This document shows, in pieces, positions 18,012 through 25,996 of a stretch of 64,000 bases of DNA. The notes beneath the pieces were generated by a model, which was not told the DNA's origin, made no database searches, and was given only the letters and a program-made list of their open reading frames with translations. Made by a program: the position numbers and the translations under genes. This DNA is from Actinomycetota bacterium (GTDB lineage: Bacteria > Actinomycetota > Acidimicrobiia > Acidimicrobiales > AC-14). Within the stretch, counting starts at the first letter, position 1. Each line of letters starts with the position of its first letter. The stretch spans positions 1,384 to 65,383 of the forward strand of contig JBFMCT010000011.1 of the NCBI GenBank assembly GCA_040754375.1, in the 5' to 3' direction.

Positions 18012-18988
18012 GTCGACGCCACCAGCGGCTTGACCCGGACGATGTGGGTACCGCGCGGCCCCTCGATGTCCGAGACCGTTCCTTGGAGCGAGGCGTACAC
18101 CAGTTGGGGGGTGGTGATGACGGCTTCCTCACCGCCCCGGCGCAGGAACCGCACGGCGGCCCGGACCTTGGGGGCCATGCTGCCCTCGGGGAACTCGCCC
18201 CTCTCCAGCCACTGCTCGGCCTCGTCCACCGCCATCTCGTGGATGGCCCTCTGGTCGGGCTGGCCGTAGTGGAGCAGCACCGTCTCCACCCCCGTGACCA
18301 GCACCAGCGCCTCGGCGGCCAGGGAGGTGGCCAGGCGCTGGGCCGCGTAGTCCTTGTCGATCACGGCGTCGATGCCGCCGTAGCCGTCGTGGTAGCGCAC
18401 CACCGGCACCCCTCCCCCGCCGGCCGCCACCACCACCTGGCCCTGGTTGAGCAGGGCTCGGATGGCGTCGGTCTCGAGGATGGCGACGGGCTCGGGCGAG
18501 GGGACTACGCGCCGGTAACCACGGTCGGCGTCCTTGTTGACCACCCATCCCCGTTCGGCGGCCATCGTCTCGGCCTGCTCCTTGGTCAGGAAGGGGCCGA
18601 TGAACTTCGTCGGGTTCTCGAAGGCCGGGTCGTCGGGGTTCACGGCCACGTGGGTGACGATGGCTACCGCCCCCCGCATCCACGACGCGTCGGCCACCCG
18701 GCGAAGTGCCAGGCAGATGAGGCTGCCCAGCTGGCCTTCGGTCATGGCCCCCAGAGAGAACAGGGGCTGGGCCGGCACCAGCTTCTGGCCCTCCTCCTGC
18801 TGGATGGCGAGGTTGCCGACCTGGGGGCCGTTGCCGTGGACGAGGACCACGCGCCACCCGCTGCGCATGAGCGAGGACACGGCCTTGGCCATGGCCGTGG
18901 CGTTGGCCTCCAGCTCCTGGTGCGTTCCCTGCTGGCTCTCCCGGGTGAGGGCGTTGCCGCCCAGCGCCACCACGGCCGTCTTCGGCAT
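18008..18988 (-). CDS. arcC: carbamate kinase
   Basis: 326 aa. VVALGGNAL, VLVHGNGPQVGNL, RRVVPSPEP and VVAAGGGGVP motifs are typical of carbamate kinase. Confidence 0.9.
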   Translation of the reverse strand: MPKTAVVALGGNALTRESQQGTHQELEANATAMAKAVSSLMRSGWRVVLVHGNGPQVGNLAIQQEEGQKLVPAQPLFSLGAMTEGQLGSLICLALRRVADASWMRGAVAIVTHVAVNPDDPAFENPTKFIGPFLTKEQAETMAAERGWVVNKDADRGYRRVVPSPEPVAILETDAIRALLNQGQVVVAAGGGGVPVVRYHDGYGGIDAVIDKDYAAQRLATSLAAEALVLVTGVETVLLHYGQPDQRAIHEMAVDEAEQWLERGEFPEGSMAPKVRAAVRFLRRGGEEAVITTPQLVYASLQGTVSDIEGPRGTHIVRVKPLVAST

Positions 18989-19002
18989 CGGCCCTCCTCT
19001 GA

Positions 19003-19047
19003 TGGACGAGAGCGGGTGTAGAGGATGAGAAATTGTCGTCCATTATA
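19003..19047 (-). promoter_or_regulatory. candidate arcC-operon promoter: TATAAT box plus inverted repeat
   Basis: Minus-strand TATAAT at 19047-19042. Inverted repeat TGGACGA (19003-19009) / TCGTCCA (19036-19042). RBS agaggaggg before the ATG at 18988. AT-rich island in GC-rich DNA. Confidence 0.3.
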
Positions 19048-19064
19048 GTGTAGGGTAGGCGCCG

Positions 19065-19418
19065 ATGAGCGGCCCGCCGGCCCCGCCGGTCCCACCCAGC
19101 CCGTTCTCTGACCCCGAGGTGCCGGGCGAGGTCCTCTACCGGTGGTTCCAGGCCGAGGAGCGCCTCTACCCTGTGGCCATGGTGATGCCCGAGCGTTACC
19201 AGGAGGCCGTGCGCCTGGTCGGGCGGCTGGCCGAGCAGCTCCGGGCGTCCTGCCCTGACATCCCCAGCCTCGTCACGGCCGATGCCGAGGCCCGGGACGC
19301 AGCGCAACGGCTCGCCTCCCACGACCCGGCCATGGCCGAGGACCTCGACCTGTCCCTGGTGGCCGGCGCGGCATGCTCGATCCGCTACCGGGAGCTGGCC
19401 GCTCAGCGCCGGGGCTGA
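19065..19418 (+). CDS. hypothetical protein (117 aa), first gene of the radical-SAM/GNAT operon
   Basis: ORF with an ATG start that ends 3 nt before the next start. No motif recognised. Confidence 0.5.
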   Translation: MSGPPAPPVPPSPFSDPEVPGEVLYRWFQAEERLYPVAMVMPERYQEAVRLVGRLAEQLRASCPDIPSLVTADAEARDAAQRLASHDPAMAEDLDLSLVAGAACSIRYRELAAQRRG

Positions 19419-19421
19419 ACC

Positions 19422-20516
19422 GTGGACCTGGGCCACCTCATCACCGACCTGCAGAGCCGGGGCCTCCGTGTGGAGGCGCAGATGGAGGCCCGTCACGGCG
19501 GCGCCGGGCCCAGCGACTCGGGGATGCTGTGGATCGAAGGCGTGGCCGTGACCGTCCCGACCGACAACGCCCTCGCCCACGCCTCGCCTTATGTCCTGCG
19601 CCCCGAGGACGAGGGCTACGGCATCTACCGCGACGGTGAACGGCTGGCCGCCGCCACGGCCACGCCCCGGCCCCGCTACTACGACCTCTCGACGGCCGAC
19701 GGGACCCCGTACTGGAAGATCGCCCTGCTTCACCTCGACTCGCTGGCCAGCACCGTCTTGCAGACCTGCGCCTACTGGGGGAACTCCGACCAGTGCCAGT
19801 TCTGCGGTATCGGCCTGTCGTTGGACGGCCGGCGCACCATCGCCAAGAAGCGCCCCGAGCAGCTGGCCGAGGTGGCGGTGGCGGCCAAGGAGCTCGACGG
19901 CGCGGTCGACGCCACCCTGACCACCGGCAGCACCGCGGGGGCCGACAAGGGAGCGCTGTACGTGGCCACCTGCGGCGCGGCCGTCAAGGAGGCGGCCGGG
20001 CTACCGGTCGAGGTGCAGTTCGAGCCGCCCGACGACCTCGACGTGATCGACCGCGTCCACGACCTGGGGATCGACTCGGTGGGCATCCACGTCGAGTCGT
20101 TCGACCCCGTGGTGCTGGCCCGGGTGGCCCCGGCCAAGGCCCGCACCGGCATCGAGGGGTACTTCGCGGCCTGGGAGCGGGCGGTCAGCCTGTTCGGCGA
20201 GGGCCAGGTGTCGACCTATGTGATCCTCGGCATGGGGGAGGACGCCCAGCTCACCGTGGAGGGGTGCCGGCGGGCCATCGACGCGGGCGTCTACCCCTTC
20301 GTGGTCCCGTTGCGGCCCATCGCCGGCAGCCTGATGGGGGACTTCATGCCCCCCTCGGCCGAGTACACCGAGAGCATCTACCGGCGGGTGGTGCCCTACC
20401 TGCGGGAGCGGGGCCTGGACACCAAAGGCGTGGCTGCCGGGTGCGCCCGCTGCCAGGCGTGCTCGGCCATGGCCACCGTCGAGAAGCTCCTCACGATCAG
20501 CCCGTCGCGGTCTTGA
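19422..20516 (+). CDS. radical-SAM-like protein (MSMEG_0568/Sll0785-like by context)
   Basis: 364 aa. TIM-barrel-like pattern with a Cys triad C-x8-C-x2-C (CAYWGNSDQCQFC) and a C-terminal CARCQAC cluster. Followed directly by the GNAT gene, as in Nit1C clusters. Confidence 0.7.
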   Translation: MDLGHLITDLQSRGLRVEAQMEARHGGAGPSDSGMLWIEGVAVTVPTDNALAHASPYVLRPEDEGYGIYRDGERLAAATATPRPRYYDLSTADGTPYWKIALLHLDSLASTVLQTCAYWGNSDQCQFCGIGLSLDGRRTIAKKRPEQLAEVAVAAKELDGAVDATLTTGSTAGADKGALYVATCGAAVKEAAGLPVEVQFEPPDDLDVIDRVHDLGIDSVGIHVESFDPVVLARVAPAKARTGIEGYFAAWERAVSLFGEGQVSTYVILGMGEDAQLTVEGCRRAIDAGVYPFVVPLRPIAGSLMGDFMPPSAEYTESIYRRVVPYLRERGLDTKGVAAGCARCQACSAMATVEKLLTISPSRS

Positions 20517-20992
20517 GCACCGCCGCCGACGTCCGCAGCCGCCGTTCGTGCCGGATCGCCACCCGGCCCGACGAACTGGCCGTCCACTACGGGATCCGCC
20601 ACCGCGTGTTCGTGGAAGAACAGGGCCTGTTCGACGGCTCCGACATCGACAGTTGGGACGCGGTGGCGGGCGCCGTCCACGTCCTCGGCCTGTGGGACGA
20701 CGAGCCCGTCGGCGCCGTGCGCCTGTTCCCTCTCGACCCGTCCACCGACTTGTGGCAGGGCGACCGCCTGGCCGTGCTGGCCAGGTACCGGGTCCGCAAC
20801 CTGGGGATGCCCCTGGTCAAGTTCGCGGTGGCCACCGCCGCGGCCCGGGGTGGGCGGGAGATGGTGGCCCACGTCCAGCTACCGAACGTCGCCTTCTTCG
20901 AGCGCATCGGCTGGCACACCTACGGCGCGGTCGAGACCTACGTCGGGGTCGAGCACCAGCCCATGGCCATCGACCTCAGCCCGTACCGCTGA
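20513..20992 (+). CDS. GNAT N-acetyltransferase (MSMEG_0567/Sll0786-like by context)
   Basis: TTG at 20513 overlaps the previous stop (TTGA). 159 aa with HYGIRHRVFVEEQG.., VGAVRL.., GMPLVKFAVATAAARG, FFERIGW. Confidence 0.75.
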   Translation: MSTAADVRSRRSCRIATRPDELAVHYGIRHRVFVEEQGLFDGSDIDSWDAVAGAVHVLGLWDDEPVGAVRLFPLDPSTDLWQGDRLAVLARYRVRNLGMPLVKFAVATAAARGGREMVAHVQLPNVAFFERIGWHTYGAVETYVGVEHQPMAIDLSPYR

Positions 20993-21950
20993 GGCCCGTC
21001 ACCGGCTCGGCCGCGAGGTCGACCACGACGGCCGGACGGGCCCCGGCCGCGGTCACAGCCACCACGCCCGTGTCGTCGAGCGTCCCGATGACGGCCACCT
21101 CTATGGCCCGGTCGCGGAACGGCCGGGCGCATTCCTCCTCCCGCCCGGGTGGGACGCACAGCAGGAAGCCGTAGCAGGGGAACGCCAGGAGCCATGTGAC
21201 CAGGTCGGCCCCGGGCGGCCGCGGGACGGCCTCGAGGTCGATGGTGACTCCCAGGCCCTGGCACTCGACCAGCATGGCCGTGGAGCCGACGATGCCGGCC
21301 ATGCTCACGTCCTTGGCGGCCACGCACGCCCCTCGGTCGGCCACGTCGGCCAGGAGCCGGACGTCGGCCGCCAGCCGGTCGCCCCGCTCGGCGAAGGAGG
21401 CGAAGAAGGGGAAGTCTTCGCGCATGCGGCCCTCGGTAACGCACGCCAGCATCAGGCGTTGGCCGGCGGCCGCGTTGCGGACCGAGAGGACGCGGTTGGC
21501 CTCCCGTACCCGGCCCAACCCGAAAGCCGACACGGAGGCCGGCCCGTCGCGGACCGTGAGGTGCCCGCCCACCACGGGGACGTCGTAGAGCACCGAGGCG
21601 TGGCGCATGCCCTCCAGCACGGAGCGGGCCACGGGCTCGGGGGCCACCACCGTGTCCACGATGGCCAGCGGGACGGCGCCCATGGCCGCCAGGTCGTTGA
21701 CGTTGGCCAGCACGGCGGCGGCGCCCGCGCCGAACGGGTCGCGCGCCACGAATGCAGGCGCCATGGCCTCGCCGCCCACGGTGAGGACCAGGCCGCCGAC
21801 CTCCACCACCGCGCCGTCGTCGCCCGGCCCGTGGGCCCAGTCGGTGGCACCCAGGACCTCGGTGACGAGGCCGATGCCGGCCTTGTCCCGCAGGCCCGGA
21901 TGGGCCCGCAGGCGGGCGGCCACCGCCTCCACGTCCCATCGACCGGGCAT
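20976..21950 (-). CDS. AIR-synthase-related (PurM-superfamily) protein, Sll0787-like
   Basis: 324 aa. DDGAVV, AAAVLANVNDLAAMGAVPLAIVD, VPVVGGH and AKDVSMAGIVGS motifs of the PurM/ThiL/HypE fold. Its 3' end overlaps the convergent GNAT gene by 17 nt. Confidence 0.8.
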   Translation of the reverse strand: MPGRWDVEAVAARLRAHPGLRDKAGIGLVTEVLGATDWAHGPGDDGAVVEVGGLVLTVGGEAMAPAFVARDPFGAGAAAVLANVNDLAAMGAVPLAIVDTVVAPEPVARSVLEGMRHASVLYDVPVVGGHLTVRDGPASVSAFGLGRVREANRVLSVRNAAAGQRLMLACVTEGRMREDFPFFASFAERGDRLAADVRLLADVADRGACVAAKDVSMAGIVGSTAMLVECQGLGVTIDLEAVPRPPGADLVTWLLAFPCYGFLLCVPPGREEECARPFRDRAIEVAVIGTLDDTGVVAVTAAGARPAVVVDLAAEPVTGLSGTG

Positions 21951-21959
21951 CCCTCATCC

Positions 21960-21988
21960 TTGCACTAAAGTAAACGTCTCTCTACCAT
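21960..21988 (+). promoter_or_regulatory. candidate sigma70-type promoter of the comA-like operon
   Basis: TTGCAC (21960-65), 17-nt spacer, TACCAT (21983-88), then aagaggaga ATG (21998). This would give a very short leader. Confidence 0.3.
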
Positions 21989-21997
21989 AAGAGGAGA

Positions 21998-22783
21998 ATG
22001 GGCCCACCGCCGTTCCGCCTGGACCTGCCTCCACGAGCGCCCCGACCCCGCCGGACGGGGCTCACCCACGTGCTCGACAAGGGTATGCCGGCGACCCAGC
22101 TGGCCGGCGTCCTGGAGTCGTGCGGGGCGTTCGTGGACGTGTGGAAGTTCGGCTGGGGCACGGCCTACGTCGACCCGCTGCTCGCCGGCAAGCTCGCCCT
22201 CCTGCGGGCCCACGACGTCCTCGGCTGCCTGGGGGGCACGCTCTTGGAGGTGGCCTGGGCACAAGGGCGGGCCGACGAGTACCTGGCCTGGGCCCGGGAG
22301 TTGGGCGTCCCGAGCGTGGAGGTCTCCCGCGGGGCCGTGCCTATGGGCGAGGACGACAAGGACCGGCTGATCCGCTCCGCGGTCGAAGCCGGGTTCGTCG
22401 TCCTGTCGGAGGTGGGCAGCAAGAGCGCCTCCTCCCAGCCTTTGCCCGACCAGTGGGGCAAGGAGGTGGAGCGCGACCTCGACGCCGGGGCCACCTGGGT
22501 CCTGGCCGAGGGGCGCGAGAGCGGGACGGTCGGCATCTACGACCACGCCGGGCGGGTACGAGAGGACGTCGTCGACGCCGTGGTGGACGCGGGCGGGGTG
22601 GGAAGGGTCGTGTTCGAGGCGCCCGCCAAGGACCAGCAGGCGTGGTTCATCCGCTGCTTCGGCTCGGACGTCAACCTGGCCAACGTCGCCCCTGCCGAGA
22701 TCCTCGGCCTGGAGACCCTGCGCCTGGGCCTGCGGGCGGACACCATCGGGCTGTCGCGGCCCCCGGCGGTGCGCCGGCGATGA
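21998..22783 (+). CDS. comA: (2R)-phospho-3-sulfolactate synthase (ComA) family protein
   Basis: 261 aa. It aligns along its length with my recollection of archaeal ComA: GLT.VLDKG.., D..KFGWGT, EVS.G, VLSEVG.K, DLDAGA..V..EGRESG, V.FEAP.K.QQ..FI..FG..VNLAN., LETLR.GLR.DT. Confidence 0.85.
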   Translation: MGPPPFRLDLPPRAPRPRRTGLTHVLDKGMPATQLAGVLESCGAFVDVWKFGWGTAYVDPLLAGKLALLRAHDVLGCLGGTLLEVAWAQGRADEYLAWARELGVPSVEVSRGAVPMGEDDKDRLIRSAVEAGFVVLSEVGSKSASSQPLPDQWGKEVERDLDAGATWVLAEGRESGTVGIYDHAGRVREDVVDAVVDAGGVGRVVFEAPAKDQQAWFIRCFGSDVNLANVAPAEILGLETLRLGLRADTIGLSRPPAVRRR

Positions 22784-23670
22784 ACACCGTCCCCGGCCAG
22801 TACCGGAAGGTCTCGGTCGCCCGGGTCGACGTTGCCCTCACCGTGGACGGCCTCACCGGCCACTTCCTGGGACGGGAGGTGTACCGCCACACCCGGTTCG
22901 TCGTGGTGCGCGACGGCCACGGCGCGACCGCGCTGGTCGAGGTGGACAAGCCGGCCCGCGGCGACCTGTTCTCTCCGGTGACGTCGGTGACCGTGCGGGC
23001 TCTGCCCGCCGACTGCGTGTACGTGGTCGCCCCCGACGCCGACACCGGCGTCCCCAGTGCGCTGGCGGCGGTGGCCCGCGACCAGGGCAACGGCGCTCGC
23101 TGCGTAGTGGTCGAGGGCCGCTACGACCACGTGAGCTTCATCCTCGACCCCGCCCCGGTGCGGGTGCGGGTGGGCGACGTCGTGCCGCCGATGCCGGCCA
23201 AGCTGGTCGACCAGGCCCGGCGGGTCCTCGACCTGGCCGAGGACCTGGCCCCTGTGGAGCTGGTGCCCGAGGTGGTGGACATGGCCGACCTGGCCCGGGC
23301 CGGCGGTCAGGGCCGGGCCGACCACTACCTGCTGCCGTGCCGGGCCTCGGGGTTCGAGCTCGACGGCGCCCAGGTCTCGTTCCTCGACGAGCGGCCGCCC
23401 CGGGCCGACTGGACGCTCATCGGCTGTGAACGGTCCCGTTCCATCCATCAGTGGTTCTACGGCGACCTGCCCGCCGGTCCCATCGAGACCTGCCCCCGCA
23501 AGCTCTTCACCGGTCCCGGCCCCCTGCTGACCAAGTGCTGCCTGCTGGAGAACGAGAACTGCACCGACGGCGACACCGTGGTGGTGCCCTGGGGCGCCTC
23601 GCTCGACCTGGTGCGCCAGGCCGTCACCGACCTGTCTAGGACCGGGGAGCCGGCGTGGGCGCCCGCCTGA
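22780..23670 (+). CDS. uncharacterised Cys-rich protein (296 aa)
   Basis: ATG at 22780 overlaps the comA-like stop (ATGA). C-terminal third carries LLPCRASG, LIGCERSRSIH, ETCPRK, LTKCCLLENENC. No family recognised. Confidence 0.6.
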   Translation: MNTVPGQYRKVSVARVDVALTVDGLTGHFLGREVYRHTRFVVVRDGHGATALVEVDKPARGDLFSPVTSVTVRALPADCVYVVAPDADTGVPSALAAVARDQGNGARCVVVEGRYDHVSFILDPAPVRVRVGDVVPPMPAKLVDQARRVLDLAEDLAPVELVPEVVDMADLARAGGQGRADHYLLPCRASGFELDGAQVSFLDERPPRADWTLIGCERSRSIHQWFYGDLPAGPIETCPRKLFTGPGPLLTKCCLLENENCTDGDTVVVPWGASLDLVRQAVTDLSRTGEPAWAPA

Positions 23671-25004
23671 GCGACTCCCGCCTGTACAGCCACCTGTGGG
23701 GCACCGACGAGCTGCGAGGGCTGTTCGACGAGGAGGCCCGGCTCCAGCGCTGGCTCGACATCGTCGCCGCCCTGGCCCGGGCCCAGGCCAAGCTCGGGAT
23801 CATCCCCGCGGCGTCGGCCGAGGAGATCACCCGCTCGGCCAGGGTGGAGCGCCTCGACCTGGACCTCGTGGCCGAGGAGACCCGCCGCACCTCGCACTCC
23901 ACCCTGGGGCTCATCCACGGCCTCCAGCGGGTGCTGCCCTCGCCCGCCCGCGACCACGTCTACGTCGGCACGACCGTGCAGGACGTCACCGATACGTGGA
24001 CGGCGCTGACGATGGCGGCCGTAGGACAGACCGTGTGGCGGGACCTGCGGGCCATCGAGGACCTGCTCATCGACCTGGCGGTGGCCCACCGGGGCACCCT
24101 GATGGTGGGGCGCACGCACGGCCAGCCCGGGGCGCCCATCACCTTCGGCTTCAAGGCGGCCTCATGGGCCGACGAGGTCCGCCGCCACCTGGCCCGCCTG
24201 GCCGACGCCAGGCCCCGGTGGCTGGTGGGCCAGCTCGGCGGCGCAGTGGGCGCCCTCGGGTTCTTCGGGGCCGACGGGCCGGCGCTGCGGGCCGCCTTCT
24301 GCGCCGAGCTCGGCCTCGGTGAACCGGCCATCTCGTGGTTGACCGCCCGCGACCGGGTAGCCGAGTTCGGCACTGTGCTGGCGATGGTGAGCTCGACCCT
24401 GGCCCGCATCGGCACCGAGGTCTACGAGCTCCAGCGGCCCGAGATCGGCGAGCTGCGCGAGCCCACGACAGCCTCGGCGGTGGGCAGCATCACCATGCCC
24501 CACAAGCGCAACCCCGAGGCCAGCGAGCACCTCGACACCCTCTCCCGACTGGTGCGGGCCAACGCCGGCGTGCTGCTCGACGGCATGGTCGGCGCCCACG
24601 AGCGAGACGGACGGGCGTGGAAGGCCGAGTGGGTGGCCTTTCCGGAGGTTTGCCTGCTCACCGGCTCGGCCCTCGCGGTCGCCATCGGGCTGCTGTCGGG
24701 GCTGGAGGTGGACGCCGAGGCCATGGCCACCCGGGCGTCGGCTGCGGAGTCGCGGGCCGGTTCGGAACGGGCCCTGTCCATCCTCACCCGGCGGCTGGGG
24801 CGAAACGAGGCCCAGGACGCCCTTCACCAGGCGCTGCAACCGGGTGCCCTCCACCCGCCCGACCTGGCCCAGGCCGGGCTCCTGACCGACGACGAACTGG
24901 GATCCCTGGCCGCCCCCGCCCTTGACGGCGCGCGGGCGATGGTGGACGAGGTGGTGGCGCGCGCCCGGGCCGCCCGCCGGGGCGAGCCTGAGATATGGGC
25001 GTGA
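23655..25004 (+). CDS. fumarate-lyase-superfamily enzyme, adenylosuccinate lyase / 3-carboxymuconate cycloisomerase-like
   Basis: 449 aa. GRTHGQPGAPITFG and the signature loop GSITMPHKRNPEASE. Confidence 0.8.
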   Translation: MGARLSDSRLYSHLWGTDELRGLFDEEARLQRWLDIVAALARAQAKLGIIPAASAEEITRSARVERLDLDLVAEETRRTSHSTLGLIHGLQRVLPSPARDHVYVGTTVQDVTDTWTALTMAAVGQTVWRDLRAIEDLLIDLAVAHRGTLMVGRTHGQPGAPITFGFKAASWADEVRRHLARLADARPRWLVGQLGGAVGALGFFGADGPALRAAFCAELGLGEPAISWLTARDRVAEFGTVLAMVSSTLARIGTEVYELQRPEIGELREPTTASAVGSITMPHKRNPEASEHLDTLSRLVRANAGVLLDGMVGAHERDGRAWKAEWVAFPEVCLLTGSALAVAIGLLSGLEVDAEAMATRASAAESRAGSERALSILTRRLGRNEAQDALHQALQPGALHPPDLAQAGLLTDDELGSLAAPALDGARAMVDEVVARARAARRGEPEIWA

Positions 25005-25996
25005 ACGGACCTCCCTGGGGTCGGTTGCCCCGGTTCCCCCTGGCCGCGCTCCCTACCCCCCTGGTGCGGGCCCGGCATCTGGAGGCCCGGGTCGCCCGCG
25101 GCCGGCGGGGCCCGATCGTCCTCGTCAAGCGCGACGACCTCAGCGGCTTCGCGGCCGCCGGCCACAAGGCCCGCCAGCTCGAGTACCTGGTGGGCGCGGC
25201 GCTGGCCGAGGGGTGCGACGTCCTGGTCACGGGCGGGGGGCCGAGCTCGAACTGGTGCCCGGCAGCCGCCGTGGCGGCCCGGGTGGCCGGCCTCGAATGC
25301 CAGCTGGTCTCGTTCGGCACCCGGCCCGAGCGCACCCATCCCAACCTGGCCGCCTCGCTGGCCAGCGGGGCCGAGGTCCGGTTCACGGGCGATCCCGACC
25401 GCGACAACTTGGAGGCGGCCATCGTGGCGGCCGCCGACGACCTGCGGGCTGCCGGCCGGCGCCCGTTCGCCGTGCCCCGGGGTGGTGCCAGCCCCCTCGG
25501 GGCCGTGGGCATGGTCGCGGCGGCCTACGAACTAGCCGTCCAGCTCGGCGACCTCGAGGCCACGGCCGTCGTGGTGGCCACCGGGTCGGGCGGGGCCTGC
25601 GCCGGGCTGGCCGCGGCCGGGCGCTTCCCGGTCGTCGGCGCCTCGGTCAGCCGTCCCCTCGACGAGGCCGCCGCCCAGGTCGGGCGGCTGGCCCAGGCCT
25701 CGGCGTCCCTGCTCGGCCTCCCGGCGCCCACCCCGCCGGAGCTGTTCGACGTGCGGGGGCCGGGCTTCGGCGTCGCCTCCGACGAGGGCGAGGCGGCCGC
25801 CACCGTCGCCCTCCACACCGAGGGGCTGCTGCTCGACCCGACGTACACGGCTAAGGCGTTCGCCCTCCTGCTCCGGCTGGCCGAGGCCGATGACGGCCAC
25901 CCGAGCCCGGGACCGCTGGTCTTCTGGCACACGGGCGGGCTGCTCTCGGCCGCCGACCACCTGGCGCGTACGGCCGCCGTGGGAGCCGGTGCATGA
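24995..25996 (+). CDS. PLP-dependent enzyme of the ACC deaminase / D-cysteine desulfhydrase / cysteate sulfo-lyase fold
   Basis: 333 aa. LPTPL, VKRDDLSG..AAGHKARQLEYL (Lys in the PLP position), ATGSGG, and LDPTYTAKA near the C-terminus. Confidence 0.75.
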   Translation: MGVNGPPWGRLPRFPLAALPTPLVRARHLEARVARGRRGPIVLVKRDDLSGFAAAGHKARQLEYLVGAALAEGCDVLVTGGGPSSNWCPAAAVAARVAGLECQLVSFGTRPERTHPNLAASLASGAEVRFTGDPDRDNLEAAIVAAADDLRAAGRRPFAVPRGGASPLGAVGMVAAAYELAVQLGDLEATAVVVATGSGGACAGLAAAGRFPVVGASVSRPLDEAAAQVGRLAQASASLLGLPAPTPPELFDVRGPGFGVASDEGEAAATVALHTEGLLLDPTYTAKAFALLLRLAEADDGHPSPGPLVFWHTGGLLSAADHLARTAAVGAGA

